Below are positions 38,980-47,371 of a stretch of 51,466 nucleotides of DNA, one piece after another. The translations under genes were made by a program, and so were the position numbers. The notes beneath the pieces were generated by a model. That model was not told the DNA's origin, searched no databases, and saw only the letters and a program-made list of their open reading frames with translations. The stretch spans positions 1 through 51,466 of the IMG/VR virus record IMGVR_UViG_3300021090_000029; one strand, given 5' to 3'. The DNA is from a virus. Lineage: Duplodnaviria; Caudoviricetes. Within the stretch, counting starts at the first letter, position 1. Each line of letters begins with the position of its first letter.

Positions 38980-39441
38980 TCAATCCAGCACTCGGAGTCT
39001 CCGGACCCGGATCTTGACACCCATCGTCGGCAATCCTGCGAATAATATATCCTCGCTCTTGACCTCGACGGTCAGCGGGATGAGATCGTGATCCGCACCG
39101 CACAGGCCGCACCACTCGGGGCGGTATCCGGGGCGGAGGACGTGGAGGCCAGGGCCGCATTGTTGGTCGGAGATAACGGCGCCCTCGGCCTCGACGACCG
39201 CTCCTGTGGGATAGTGGAGGGGAGTCCCGCCATCGAAATTCGGGGACATGCGGCCTGGCGTAACCCATTTGAGAAACCGATGCGTCGGCCCCTGTGCGGC
39301 ATACGCCGCCCGGAAATGCTCATTGAGGGCCAAGGACGTGACCCAGTCGCCGAGCTTGACCCTGTTGCCGTCCGGAGAAACGCTCCAGCCATCCGTGAGA
39401 GGCCAGGATTTGATTGTTTTTACGTTTGCGTTGTAGATCAC
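38980..39441 (-). CDS. conserved phage hypothetical protein (CG.GLH...K.RV type)
   Basis: AAGGAG RBS before GTG 39441 (alternative ATG 39519). Confidence 0.6.
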   Translation of the reverse strand: MIYNANVKTIKSWPLTDGWSVSPDGNRVKLGDWVTSLALNEHFRAAYAAQGPTHRFLKWVTPGRMSPNFDGGTPLHYPTGAVVEAEGAVISDQQCGPGLHVLRPGYRPEWCGLCGADHDLIPLTVEVKSEDILFAGLPTMGVKIRVRRLRVLD

Positions 39442-39520
39442 GCTCAGTCTCCTTTCCCTTTCTTCTTCTCCCGCCAGAAGCGACAGCCGAAATAGCGGCG
39501 GGGTCCACGTTTCGCTCATG

Positions 39521-39796
39521 TCATTCCTCCACGATGAGAGTAGCGCGACGGATACGGTAAACGTTATAATCGGACGCCTGGAATCGCTCTTCAAAGGCGG
39601 CTTTCACCGCGAGCGCGTCCGATCGGGTTCTGAAAAAAAGATGCCCAAACGGAAGTCCCGCCCGAGACGCTGTCGGGTATCCCATGATTAGTCCGGCGGC
39701 CGACGGGCCGCAGCGCCGGAGGCTTGGGACCATATCGGGACCGCCCCACTCCACCACCCACCCCTTGATTTCTTTCGCCTTTTTCGTCTTGGTCAT
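39521..39796 (-). CDS. MxKTKKAKEIKGWVVE family, variant 1
   Basis: See repeat 39749-39836. Confidence 0.65.
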   Translation of the reverse strand: MTKTKKAKEIKGWVVEWGGPDMVPSLRRCGPSAAGLIMGYPTASRAGLPFGHLFFRTRSDALAVKAAFEERFQASDYNVYRIRRATLIVEE

Positions 39797-39798
39797 GC

Positions 39799-39996
39799 TT
39801 ATTCTCCGTTCTCCTCCCGGCACTTGGCGGGGCGGAGAATATATATTCTCCCATCGTCCGTGGCGTAGATATCTTCGTCCATGTCGCTCCAATACTGCAT
39901 GGCACACCAGGTCTCGTCCTCGTTCCCGTTGTCGCCTTGCTTGCACGGGCACCCGTCGCAGTATCGCGGATCGGGGAGGGTGATTGTGATGTGCAT
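39799..39996 (-). CDS. Cys-rich LPDPRYCDxCPC family, variant 1
   Basis: MHITITLPDPRYCDGCPC...RPAKCREENGE. Confidence 0.65.
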   Translation of the reverse strand: MHITITLPDPRYCDGCPCKQGDNGNEDETWCAMQYWSDMDEDIYATDDGRIYILRPAKCREENGE

Positions 39997-39998
39997 GG

Positions 39999-40211
39999 TC
40001 AGACTCCTTTCTTCCCTTTCTTCTTCTCCCGCCAGAAGCGACAGCCGTATTCCTCTGATGTTTGAAGGCGCAGGGCATCTTGATTAGGAAACTCCGTTAG
40101 GCGATCAACCTCATCATTCATGCAGTCGCCCATTGGATCATCGGCAAATAAATGCCAATCCCTGCACGTCCCGCATCGCCACGCGGCGGGCTTGCATTTA
40201 CGAGCGGTCAT
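39999..40211 (-). CDS. small four-Cys protein
   Basis: CGTC..W...C...GC.FW; ATGA-coupled. Confidence 0.6.
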   Translation of the reverse strand: MTARKCKPAAWRCGTCRDWHLFADDPMGDCMNDEVDRLTEFPNQDALRLQTSEEYGCRFWREKKKGKKGV

Positions 40212-40627
40212 GGCCTGGGCCTCCGCACCGCATAAATTTCCATCGAAGAAAGCGAAGGGCCACACTTTATTTTGCCGTCGCAAAAAAACCTCAAAAATCC
40301 GGACTTCGGTAGACAATCAACATTCCACCCGCTAGGGGGCACTAGGTCGGGGACTTTCCCGTATTTATCTAGCCAGTCGAACCCAAATCCACCAATCCCG
40401 TCGAGGTGAATTACGTCTGATCCTCCGCCGATTAGGCCAATCGGATTGTCGTCCTCATCTGCGGCGACAAAAGACATCGCGCGGAATCCACTGTCATGGA
40501 ACCGTCGCCGTGAGCCGCTTCCGGGGATAACAATAAGAGAGGCGCACGTGGCCTGCGCGTCCCAGGGCAAGCGCGGAACGGCCATTAGCTCCGCCCTCGA
40601 CATTGCCGACGCTTTTTTCTTGCTCAC
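40208..40627 (-). CDS. hypothetical protein
   Basis: GTG start coupled; HDSG.R.M, SDVIH.DG. Confidence 0.6.
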   Translation of the reverse strand: MSKKKASAMSRAELMAVPRLPWDAQATCASLIVIPGSGSRRRFHDSGFRAMSFVAADEDDNPIGLIGGGSDVIHLDGIGGFGFDWLDKYGKVPDLVPPSGWNVDCLPKSGFLRFFCDGKIKCGPSLSSMEIYAVRRPRP

Positions 40628-40821
40628 GGCTTCTCTCCCTTCGCGCGTCGTTCCGCTTCGATGCAAGCGGGGATGCGACGGCCGGTTTTCACGTCGTCAC
40701 TGAAAAGACCACAGATACCAAGTCCATTGACCTGCCCGGCATAGTCTGGGGAAAAATATGCGCATCTGCCGCACTTATCCACCGCGCAATCAATCGAGAT
40801 CAGGATGTTGGTCATAATCAT
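40624..40821 (-). CDS. small Cys-rich protein
   Basis: CGRC...CGLF...RIPAC. Confidence 0.6.
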   Translation of the reverse strand: MIMTNILISIDCAVDKCGRCAYFSPDYAGQVNGLGICGLFSDDVKTGRRIPACIEAERRAKGEKP

Positions 40822-41297
40822 TCTCCTGCGTTTATGATATCACACGATTTAGTCTTTGTCAAGTAGTCCGGACAATAAATAATTTTAACCCGAAACGATT
40901 GTTTGCACTCTTTGGAACAATTGAGACACTTGTCGTGATGCCGCTTCTCCCACCAACTACTCCACTCTCCTCGCCTTTTCGGGACATCACCACCCACATG
41001 CGCCCACGAATGTCCGTGACTTCTTTTTATGGCTGTTTTCGTACCGTGAAACTTAATTGTTTCCAATGACTTAAAGGTAACTAAATCGGCCTGTTTTGGG
41101 CTACCAGCTAGTCCCCTACCCGCATTTTTCTCGATAAACTCTATCGCCTTTTTAATCAACGGCTTAGACCCGGACTCCATTTGAGATAAATAGGGCCTAG
41201 AAACCCCAAAAATCGCGGCCAGCAACTTCTGTGAAATCCCCGCAGTTTCACGCGCATCCCGTAATGTTTGCCCGGCATGGCCGATCTGGTTCGACAT
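40818..41297 (-). CDS. XRE-family HTH regulator with C-terminal Cys cluster
   Basis: LRDARE.AGISQ..LA..FGVSR.YLSQME.G; CLNC..CKQS...YCP. Confidence 0.75.
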   Translation of the reverse strand: MSNQIGHAGQTLRDARETAGISQKLLAAIFGVSRPYLSQMESGSKPLIKKAIEFIEKNAGRGLAGSPKQADLVTFKSLETIKFHGTKTAIKRSHGHSWAHVGGDVPKRRGEWSSWWEKRHHDKCLNCSKECKQSFRVKIIYCPDYLTKTKSCDIINAGE

Positions 41298-41304
41298 TCG
41301 TAAA

Positions 41305-41532
41305 TTACTCCTCCGGTTCTAGTTCACTAAGAAAAAAGCAACAGTATCCCCCGCCCCCCATGACTGCGACGGGAACCCCGTCAAATGACAGATATAAACG
41401 CGTGATTGTTCCCGTTTTTCCTGGCCTAATACCAGAGATAAGGCTTGCATAGTCTGGCCGGGCAACAATGACCCTATCCCCCACCTGAAATCCTGTTAGA
41501 CTCTTGGCGATCTCTCTGGAAAGATCGCTCAT
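41305..41532 (-). CDS. MSKLSR-leader family, copy 7
   Basis: MSDLSREIAKSLTGFQVGDRV...FFLSELEPEE. Confidence 0.8.
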   Translation of the reverse strand: MSDLSREIAKSLTGFQVGDRVIVARPDYASLISGIRPGKTGTITRLYLSFDGVPVAVMGGGGYCCFFLSELEPEE

Positions 41533-41765
41533 GGTTCCACTACGAGTTTAAATAAAGAAGCCTCATATCGGTAAGTCTTGCCCCCTTCTATAATGACAAC
41601 CCTTCCGTTTCCTGCCCCCGCAACGGTCGCCGCGCCAAATTTCCTCATCGCATGACACGCCACGCAGTCGCAGTTCTTCCCCATCTCGGGGTCAACAAAC
41701 TCCACTAGGTCTCCGACCTGAAACCCGGTCAAGTCCGATGCCACGGCCCTGGATAACTTACTCAC
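41529..41765 (-). CDS. MSKLSR-leader family, copy 8
   Basis: GTG-SKLSRAVASDLTGFQVGDLV. Confidence 0.8.
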   Translation of the reverse strand: MSKLSRAVASDLTGFQVGDLVEFVDPEMGKNCDCVACHAMRKFGAATVAGAGNGRVVIIEGGKTYRYEASLFKLVVEP

Positions 41766-43378
41766 CTGGAAAATCTCCCGAACATTCCCCTGGGTCTTTT
41801 GAGTCCGGCATCCTCCTCGTCGGTCTCGTAATGCCAGACCGACTGCGGAAGTATCTTCGCGCCCTGAATAATATTAAACTGCATGATCTTCCCGTTAGGG
41901 TTAAGGTCCCCCTTCCAATTCTTGGCCTTGACGATCTTCGCCACACCGCCGTCTAAGGACAAATACAGTCTAGGCTTCTCGCTAGAGAACGTCCCACCGC
42001 GCCCCAGGTCCTGCCCCTTTGTTTTCTGAATAGAGATCACGGCGATACCCTTCCTGAGTTTGGAAAAGATACTCCCCATGTATTCCCCGATCCTATAAAA
42101 CTCGGCCGGGGCCTCCAGGTAGTCTATGATATTCAGCGCGTCCGGATCAATGACATCCGAGAAGTTGTCCGACCGCTCATAAAACTCCACTTTCCAATCG
42201 TCAACCTTGCAATCGTCATGCTTTGACAGCCTTAGTTTAGTTTCCGCGTCCCCCATTTCCGAGGAAAAGTAAAGAACCCTCCGGGTGTTCATGTTCCTTT
42301 TAGCGATGTCAATGCACAGGGCCGTCTTTCCTGAATTGGGAGCACCAGCAATCACCAATAAATTTTGTGGATAGACGGAGATTAAGCTATTCAAATCCAT
42401 CGGCAGGGACACGTCATACTCCGATGTCGGAGCGTTCTTCCAATCAATGACAAGGCAATCCTTGGCGAGCTTCCGATATTCCCCGTCCCGTTTCCCGCCC
42501 TTTTCAAGTAGCCCCTCTTGTCTCATCCTGTGGAGCGCGGCCCGGACGGCGTTCTTTTCTTGCTTGCCGTCTATCCCTAACGACCTATAGACCTCAGAGA
42601 TCAGGAAAGACCCGTCGGTCGCGCCCACAAAATCCCTTACGTCATTGGACAGATTCTTTTCCCCGCGCCCGGCCCTCTCCAGGGCCGATGCAACCAAATG
42701 GTTAATGTCGTCGTCCATCCCCGTTTGGCTGGCGACCCAAGAGCAATAAGAATAGATTTCCTCTCGCCTGGATCGCCCTCGCGCCATGGATAAGGCCAGA
42801 GAAAACAAGTCCTCGTTTCTCCGCCCCGCCACGAAGAGAGCCGTGGGGGTAATGATCCTTGACGCGGCTCGATCCACCTGCCGAATCGCCTCCACGTATG
42901 CGGGGGGCAGGGGGGGTATAGGAGTATCTATTCCTAGAAATTCATCCCATACCCACCCCTTGCCGTGCCCGTTGACAGACGGCGGGGCAACGACATACCC
43001 GCCCTCGCCCCTTAAATCTACTCCGTCTACTCCACGGACATTGTTTCCAAGCCCCGGTTGCCAGCGACAATATAAATGCCTTCCCCCTTTGGGTGTATGG
43101 ACGGTTGGGGCTTGAAAAGTCTCCCCAGCAAGTTCTCTTATTTTCTTGAATCCGGACTCGGAGTCTATGTCGATGACGGCGATATCTGAAAGTTTCCCCG
43201 CCACAATCCCAACTTGAGAATCGGGATACATAGACCACCACTCTTTAAGGTCTTGCTCTAGCGGTTTATGAGACTGCCAATGTTCCCATTTAATTTTAGG
43301 CTTTTTATCCTGCCCTACAGGGATAGGGGTCCAGCCCCGTTTAAGATAATCCTTGGCCGCTACAAAAAGGCTGTTCAT
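41762..43378 (-). CDS. bifunctional primase-polymerase fused to RecA-like helicase
   Basis: VIDID, TP.GG.HLY, D.RG.GGYVVAPPS; GAPNSGKT Walker A, IIDYL Walker B. Confidence 0.9.
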   Translation of the reverse strand: MNSLFVAAKDYLKRGWTPIPVGQDKKPKIKWEHWQSHKPLEQDLKEWWSMYPDSQVGIVAGKLSDIAVIDIDSESGFKKIRELAGETFQAPTVHTPKGGRHLYCRWQPGLGNNVRGVDGVDLRGEGGYVVAPPSVNGHGKGWVWDEFLGIDTPIPPLPPAYVEAIRQVDRAASRIITPTALFVAGRRNEDLFSLALSMARGRSRREEIYSYCSWVASQTGMDDDINHLVASALERAGRGEKNLSNDVRDFVGATDGSFLISEVYRSLGIDGKQEKNAVRAALHRMRQEGLLEKGGKRDGEYRKLAKDCLVIDWKNAPTSEYDVSLPMDLNSLISVYPQNLLVIAGAPNSGKTALCIDIAKRNMNTRRVLYFSSEMGDAETKLRLSKHDDCKVDDWKVEFYERSDNFSDVIDPDALNIIDYLEAPAEFYRIGEYMGSIFSKLRKGIAVISIQKTKGQDLGRGGTFSSEKPRLYLSLDGGVAKIVKAKNWKGDLNPNGKIMQFNIIQGAKILPQSVWHYETDEEDAGLKRPRGMFGRFSR

Positions 43379-43388
43379 TCAAAACTCT

Positions 43389-43661
43389 TTAAATCAGCAC
43401 GATTGAAGACGCATCACAATACCAATGTCCGCATATCGCACGGCCCCTTCCTTTGTGTCCTTTTCCTTTCCTTTTCAATGCCGGGAAATACACTAACCAC
43501 TCATATTCCGTATCGGGCGCTACGATCTTTCCCCGCATGCCGAACATGTCGTCATCAACGCCTTGAACGTGTCCGTATCGGCTAGGCCGGACATACTTGA
43601 CGCGGTCCCCGACCTGAAAACCTGTCAGGTTCGAGGCCACGGACCTGGATAACTTACTCAC
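43389..43661 (-). CDS. MSKLSR-leader family, copy 9
   Basis: GTG-SKLSRSVASNLTGFQVGDRV. Confidence 0.8.
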   Translation of the reverse strand: MSKLSRSVASNLTGFQVGDRVKYVRPSRYGHVQGVDDDMFGMRGKIVAPDTEYEWLVYFPALKRKGKGHKGRGRAICGHWYCDASSIVLI

Positions 43662-44347
43662 CTTTTGTCCTCCGGTATAAGATTATACCAGAAATCAAAA
43701 AGATTGACACGGTTATCCCACAGCCAATCCTTTCCCTCCGAGTGCTGTTCCGTATGGCACTTCCTACAAAGAGGGATCACCTTATACTCATCCGTCCCCG
43801 CGCCCTTCGTTCTCGGGAAATGGGCTGGATCAGACGGCTCATCCCCGCACGCTGCGCAAGCATGTGCCTTGACGTATTCCTTCCACGTTTTACACTTGTC
43901 AAGATTAATCTCGATCGGCCTTGTCCGCCCCGTCCCGCGAACCTTCCCCACCTCCGTCGCCAGATCAGAGCGGCTAAGCTCCTTGGCCTTTCCTAACCAT
44001 TCCTCGGGATTAGACTCGACCAGGGGAGCGATTAGCTGAAGTCGGCGCGTCCCGATTTCGATTAATCTCTCGGTTGGAATCTTTAGTTTCTGAACGTAGA
44101 GTTCGTATTGGTGTATAAGATTATAAACGGTGGATCGCTTCGCCGCAATTTGCGGGTCTGCCAAGTATTCATCGAAAGTTTCCCAACCTAAGAGTTTGTA
44201 ATACGAACGGTCGCGGCACTCTTTATAGAGTCCCGCCAAAATGAATACGGACCTACCTGCTTCTTTTTGGGTAGAGATAATTTCTTCTCTGTTCGAGTGC
44301 GCCAGACTAACTGTTATGTCGATGTTTTTGATTACTGCATTTGTCAT
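43658..44347 (-). CDS. helical N-domain plus DUF968/HNH-like Zn nuclease domain
   Basis: CAACG....DPAH...GAG......IPLCRKCH.EQH. Confidence 0.7.
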   Translation of the reverse strand: MTNAVIKNIDITVSLAHSNREEIISTQKEAGRSVFILAGLYKECRDRSYYKLLGWETFDEYLADPQIAAKRSTVYNLIHQYELYVQKLKIPTERLIEIGTRRLQLIAPLVESNPEEWLGKAKELSRSDLATEVGKVRGTGRTRPIEINLDKCKTWKEYVKAHACAACGDEPSDPAHFPRTKGAGTDEYKVIPLCRKCHTEQHSEGKDWLWDNRVNLFDFWYNLIPEDKR

Positions 44348-44366
44348 AGTAACTCCCATTCCGATG

Positions 44367-44612
44367 TCATAGTAACTCCAATTCCGAAAGAGAAAAACCC
44401 AGACGCGTAGTCGGGATATCCATCTTGACCCCATGGTATATTTCAATTGGTAAATCGAGGCGCACGCGAACCATACCCAACTCCGAAACGAAATCAACGG
44501 TGCCTTGCAAATTAGACATCTCCGGCCAATCGTCAATGGCCCCTGTTTTAACTCGGTCCCCAACAACAAAAATTGTCAATTCTTCAGCTATACGTCGAGA
44601 TAGACGGCTCAT
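44367..44612 (-). CDS. MSKLSR-leader family, copy 10
   Basis: MSRLSRRIAEELTIFVVGDRV...SELELL. Confidence 0.8.
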   Translation of the reverse strand: MSRLSRRIAEELTIFVVGDRVKTGAIDDWPEMSNLQGTVDFVSELGMVRVRLDLPIEIYHGVKMDIPTTRLGFSLSELELL

Positions 44613-44821
44613 AACAACTCCAATTCAGACGGCAAGAACGGAACTGTGCTTAAAATGTCGAGAAAAACATACCCCAGGCTCGAAATTAGAACTATGACCC
44701 CTTCGGTTCCGGCCTCGATTCCCCACGCTAGCGACGCTCTATCCGGCCAAGCTACCCGGACCGTATCTCCAACACCAAGACCGACCAGATCACGAGACAC
44801 CCGCTTGGATAGCCCGCTCAT
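44609..44821 (-). CDS. MSKLSR-leader family, copy 11
   Basis: MSGLSKRVSRDLVGLGVGDTV...SELELL. Confidence 0.8.
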   Translation of the reverse strand: MSGLSKRVSRDLVGLGVGDTVRVAWPDRASLAWGIEAGTEGVIVLISSLGYVFLDILSTVPFLPSELELL

Positions 44822-45036
44822 ATCAATTCCAATTCTTTCGCAGATAAGGCCCACCGCTCTTCTTTCGGTCTAACGTCGAACCTGACCAAATAAAAACCCG
44901 AAAGCGGGTGGGACGGTCCCAATACGGTCCCAATTTGTCCGCAAATACTGTCAGCCGGGACGTTGACTGCCATTACTCTGTCCCCTGATTGAAGACCAGC
45001 CAGGGCAACAGCGACCCGACTAGATAATTTACTCAT
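44818..45036 (-). CDS. MSKLSR-leader family, copy 12
   Basis: MSKLSSRVAVALAGLQSGDRV...KELELI. Confidence 0.8.
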   Translation of the reverse strand: MSKLSSRVAVALAGLQSGDRVMAVNVPADSICGQIGTVLGPSHPLSGFYLVRFDVRPKEERWALSAKELELI

Positions 45037-45938
45037 TATCTTTCAAGGCGCTCTAGTTGTTCTATGAGATTAAAGTCTTTTCTATTACCATTACTCTCCT
45101 TCCATTCCTTGTGTTGCGGGCAAACGTCCCGGACCTGACAATAAGACAGACATTTCATCGGTACATTTGGAATAAGCACTTTAAACTTCCAATTCTTAAT
45201 ATCACGAAACCACCTGTCCTTCACCCCGCACGTCCCGACTTTCAAGGGATCGCGCTCCGATTCTAAGAATTGGGCCAACCGTTCCGTAACGGCGTCCCTG
45301 ACTTTTTCGTCCTCGAATTTTGGCACGTCAATTCTTTCGATGGGCAGGACCCCATCTTCAAGCAGACTCGCCGGGGACCAATCCTTCAACTGAAATTCCA
45401 GCGTCATTTTTTCGGCCGGAAATCCGTAAACCCGATATGTATTCAACTGCCAAAAATAATCTTCGTCATCCCCGCCTTCACGCAACTTCTTTATTTGGTA
45501 TACTTTACCCGTCTTGTAATCCGTGATCTCGCTGTCTGTTTTGCTGTATTTGTCCACCCTCCCGGTTAGCGTCGCTTTCCCCGCCCGGGTTAAAATCTCG
45601 ACGGAGAAAGAAGCTTCCCTAACGGCGTCTTCGACATAGCCATGCGTATCGAATTTCCCGGGCTCGCCTTCCAAGATAGCGTGTAGCCCGCTTCCCAGGG
45701 ACATCGCGGCCATGGAATACGGGCTAACAAAGAAGTCTCGATTGCGGGCTAAGTAAACCTGCTGAACCGTCTTTCGCAGTTCGGTAACATGATAGATTCG
45801 CGGCTCGGGGATTCTGTCGGAATGCATAGCCAGCAACATATCTACAGTCATACATCGCCTCGGTTTGGCCGGGCAACCCTTTAGACAGTATTCGATCTTG
45901 ACGTTCCCGAAGCCAAGCGGACACGCAAAACCCATCAT
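45036..45938 (-). CDS. PD-(D/E)XK Cas4/RecB-like exonuclease
   Basis: G...H..LE, G.VD, DYKT, QL..Y, C-terminal C..YC.V...C. Confidence 0.8.
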   Translation of the reverse strand: MMGFACPLGFGNVKIEYCLKGCPAKPRRCMTVDMLLAMHSDRIPEPRIYHVTELRKTVQQVYLARNRDFFVSPYSMAAMSLGSGLHAILEGEPGKFDTHGYVEDAVREASFSVEILTRAGKATLTGRVDKYSKTDSEITDYKTGKVYQIKKLREGGDDEDYFWQLNTYRVYGFPAEKMTLEFQLKDWSPASLLEDGVLPIERIDVPKFEDEKVRDAVTERLAQFLESERDPLKVGTCGVKDRWFRDIKNWKFKVLIPNVPMKCLSYCQVRDVCPQHKEWKESNGNRKDFNLIEQLERLER

Positions 45939-46457
45939 TTATTCCACCGGATTCAGCGTGTGATAATACTCTTTTAACAAGGCGTCCCCGAAATACGCAA
46001 CCACCTCGATAAAGTCTTGCTTCTTGGAGTCTAGTTCCTCCAGCGTCATCCCCTCAGCGACCTTGGCGAACAACGGCACGGAGATTTCCCCGGCGATCTT
46101 AAACATGGTCTGGAGAATAATCTCCCTCCGTTCGTCGGGTGACTTTTGCTGACGCGGCTTAAATCCGGGCGCGGCAACGGGATTATTGTCTTGGGCTCCG
46201 GCTTCCCGGTCCTGCCTTGCGATAGCCAGGAGATTAGCAAATGTCCCGGTTGCGGTTTGTTTCTCCGCATACGTTGCCTCTACCGTATCTCCAACCTTGA
46301 CCCCCTGGAGTTCCACGAAGGCAGGATTCCCGGAAACGCCGTCGCCGCCTTTGATAGTTTCCCAGGCCCTGATCTTCTTCCCGCCAACGGTAACATCCTT
46401 AAATCCGTCGCCGGGGTAAACACGATCCAACCGTCCGGTCAATTTCTTGACGTCCAT
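45939..46457 (-). CDS. hypothetical protein, possible OB-fold ssDNA-binding protein
   Basis: GAGGAGG RBS before ATG 46457; beta-rich N-half; adjacent to exonuclease. Confidence 0.5.
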   Translation of the reverse strand: MDVKKLTGRLDRVYPGDGFKDVTVGGKKIRAWETIKGGDGVSGNPAFVELQGVKVGDTVEATYAEKQTATGTFANLLAIARQDREAGAQDNNPVAAPGFKPRQQKSPDERREIILQTMFKIAGEISVPLFAKVAEGMTLEELDSKKQDFIEVVAYFGDALLKEYYHTLNPVE

Positions 46458-46473
46458 AAAATCCTCCTCGATA

Positions 46474-46797
46474 CTAATTATTTCCGGGTTTAAAAACACC
46501 CGGTTCATGGCAGAAAGGACATTCGCAATCATCTCCCTGTCTTCCCGGCCGCAACCGGGCGGGAGACTGTCCATCCGGATAGACATTAGTAGCCCTTTCA
46601 AAGGTGGCCGTCATTTCGCGCCGCCTGAATTCCTCGATGTCTTCCTCAGGGATAGTCCGGTTATGGACCTCAAGGTTTGAGGAATAAATAATGTTCGCGA
46701 CCTCCGTAGGGCTCCACAACCTATCCGGATCAACATGATCCAACCATTCCTTAAAATCATCTTGAGTCAGGATGCCGGGGATTAATGGTTCTTTCAT
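46474..46797 (-). CDS. hypothetical protein with C-terminal CxCPxC
   Basis: 107 aa; ATG just downstream of promoter. Confidence 0.55.
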   Translation of the reverse strand: MKEPLIPGILTQDDFKEWLDHVDPDRLWSPTEVANIIYSSNLEVHNRTIPEEDIEEFRRREMTATFERATNVYPDGQSPARLRPGRQGDDCECPFCHEPGVFKPGNN

Positions 46798-46805
46798 GAT
46801 ATTTT

Positions 46806-46834
46806 ATCCTAACATTATTTTTAGCGGTTGTCAA
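46806..46834 (-). promoter_or_regulatory. sigma70-type promoter
   Basis: TTGACA-17 nt-TAGGAT with extended -10 TG; same boxes as 872-900. Confidence 0.7.
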
Positions 46835-47111
46835 GCGATTTCTTTCTTTTCTGCTCGATAAGCTTTAGGCGACTTTCTGGCTGGCAAAAGACACCGTTGC
46901 AGTATTTTGCCGTTGCCTCCTTATCCCACGTAACCCACACACTATTTGCCTCGACTGCCCCCCAATAAGGGTGTACTCCGTATCCCCATACCGTTCCCGC
47001 ATCTCCCTTCTTCAGCCCACAATGGAACTCTGTTTTGTCTTTAATCATAACCCTATCGCCTGGAGCGAATCCGATAAGTCCAGAGGCAATCCGCCTAGAT
47101 AGACTGCTCAT
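46821..47111 (-). CDS. MSKLSR-leader family, copy 13
   Basis: MSSLSRRIASGLIGFAPGDRV. Confidence 0.8.
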   Translation of the reverse strand: MSSLSRRIASGLIGFAPGDRVMIKDKTEFHCGLKKGDAGTVWGYGVHPYWGAVEANSVWVTWDKEATAKYCNGVFCQPESRLKLIEQKRKKSLDNR

Positions 47112-47371
47112 TCATCCTCCGTAATGACTTCGTATTCACCCGGCCAAAGACACCAAGAAACTCCTGGCCTTGCTCCGTCTTTGTTCCAGCCGACCTTATT
47201 TTTGAGTTTAATGGTTATGTCCCCGTCCGGACCAACCTCAGTAACAATCCCCCCTCTGGTCCGTCTAAGATAATCCCCCCACACGACAATACCTCTCTGG
47301 GTCAAACAAACGCGATCCCCGACCTGCGGCCCGATCAGGCTACCGGCAATCCGCCTAGATAATTTACTCAT
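47108..47371 (-). CDS. MSKLSR-leader family, copy 14
   Basis: MSKLSRRIAGSLIGPQVGDRV; C-half nearly identical to copy 4. Confidence 0.8.
   Translation of the reverse strand: MSKLSRRIAGSLIGPQVGDRVCLTQRGIVVWGDYLRRTRGGIVTEVGPDGDITIKLKNKVGWNKDGARPGVSWCLWPGEYEVITEDE

Noticed and set aside
45036-45938. CRISPR-associated cas4
   Set aside because: No other cas genes or array; stand-alone phage recombination-type nuclease context
32755-47257. Diversity-generating retroelement TR/VR pair
   Set aside because: No reverse transcriptase in the window; differences include an indel and are not confined to adenines
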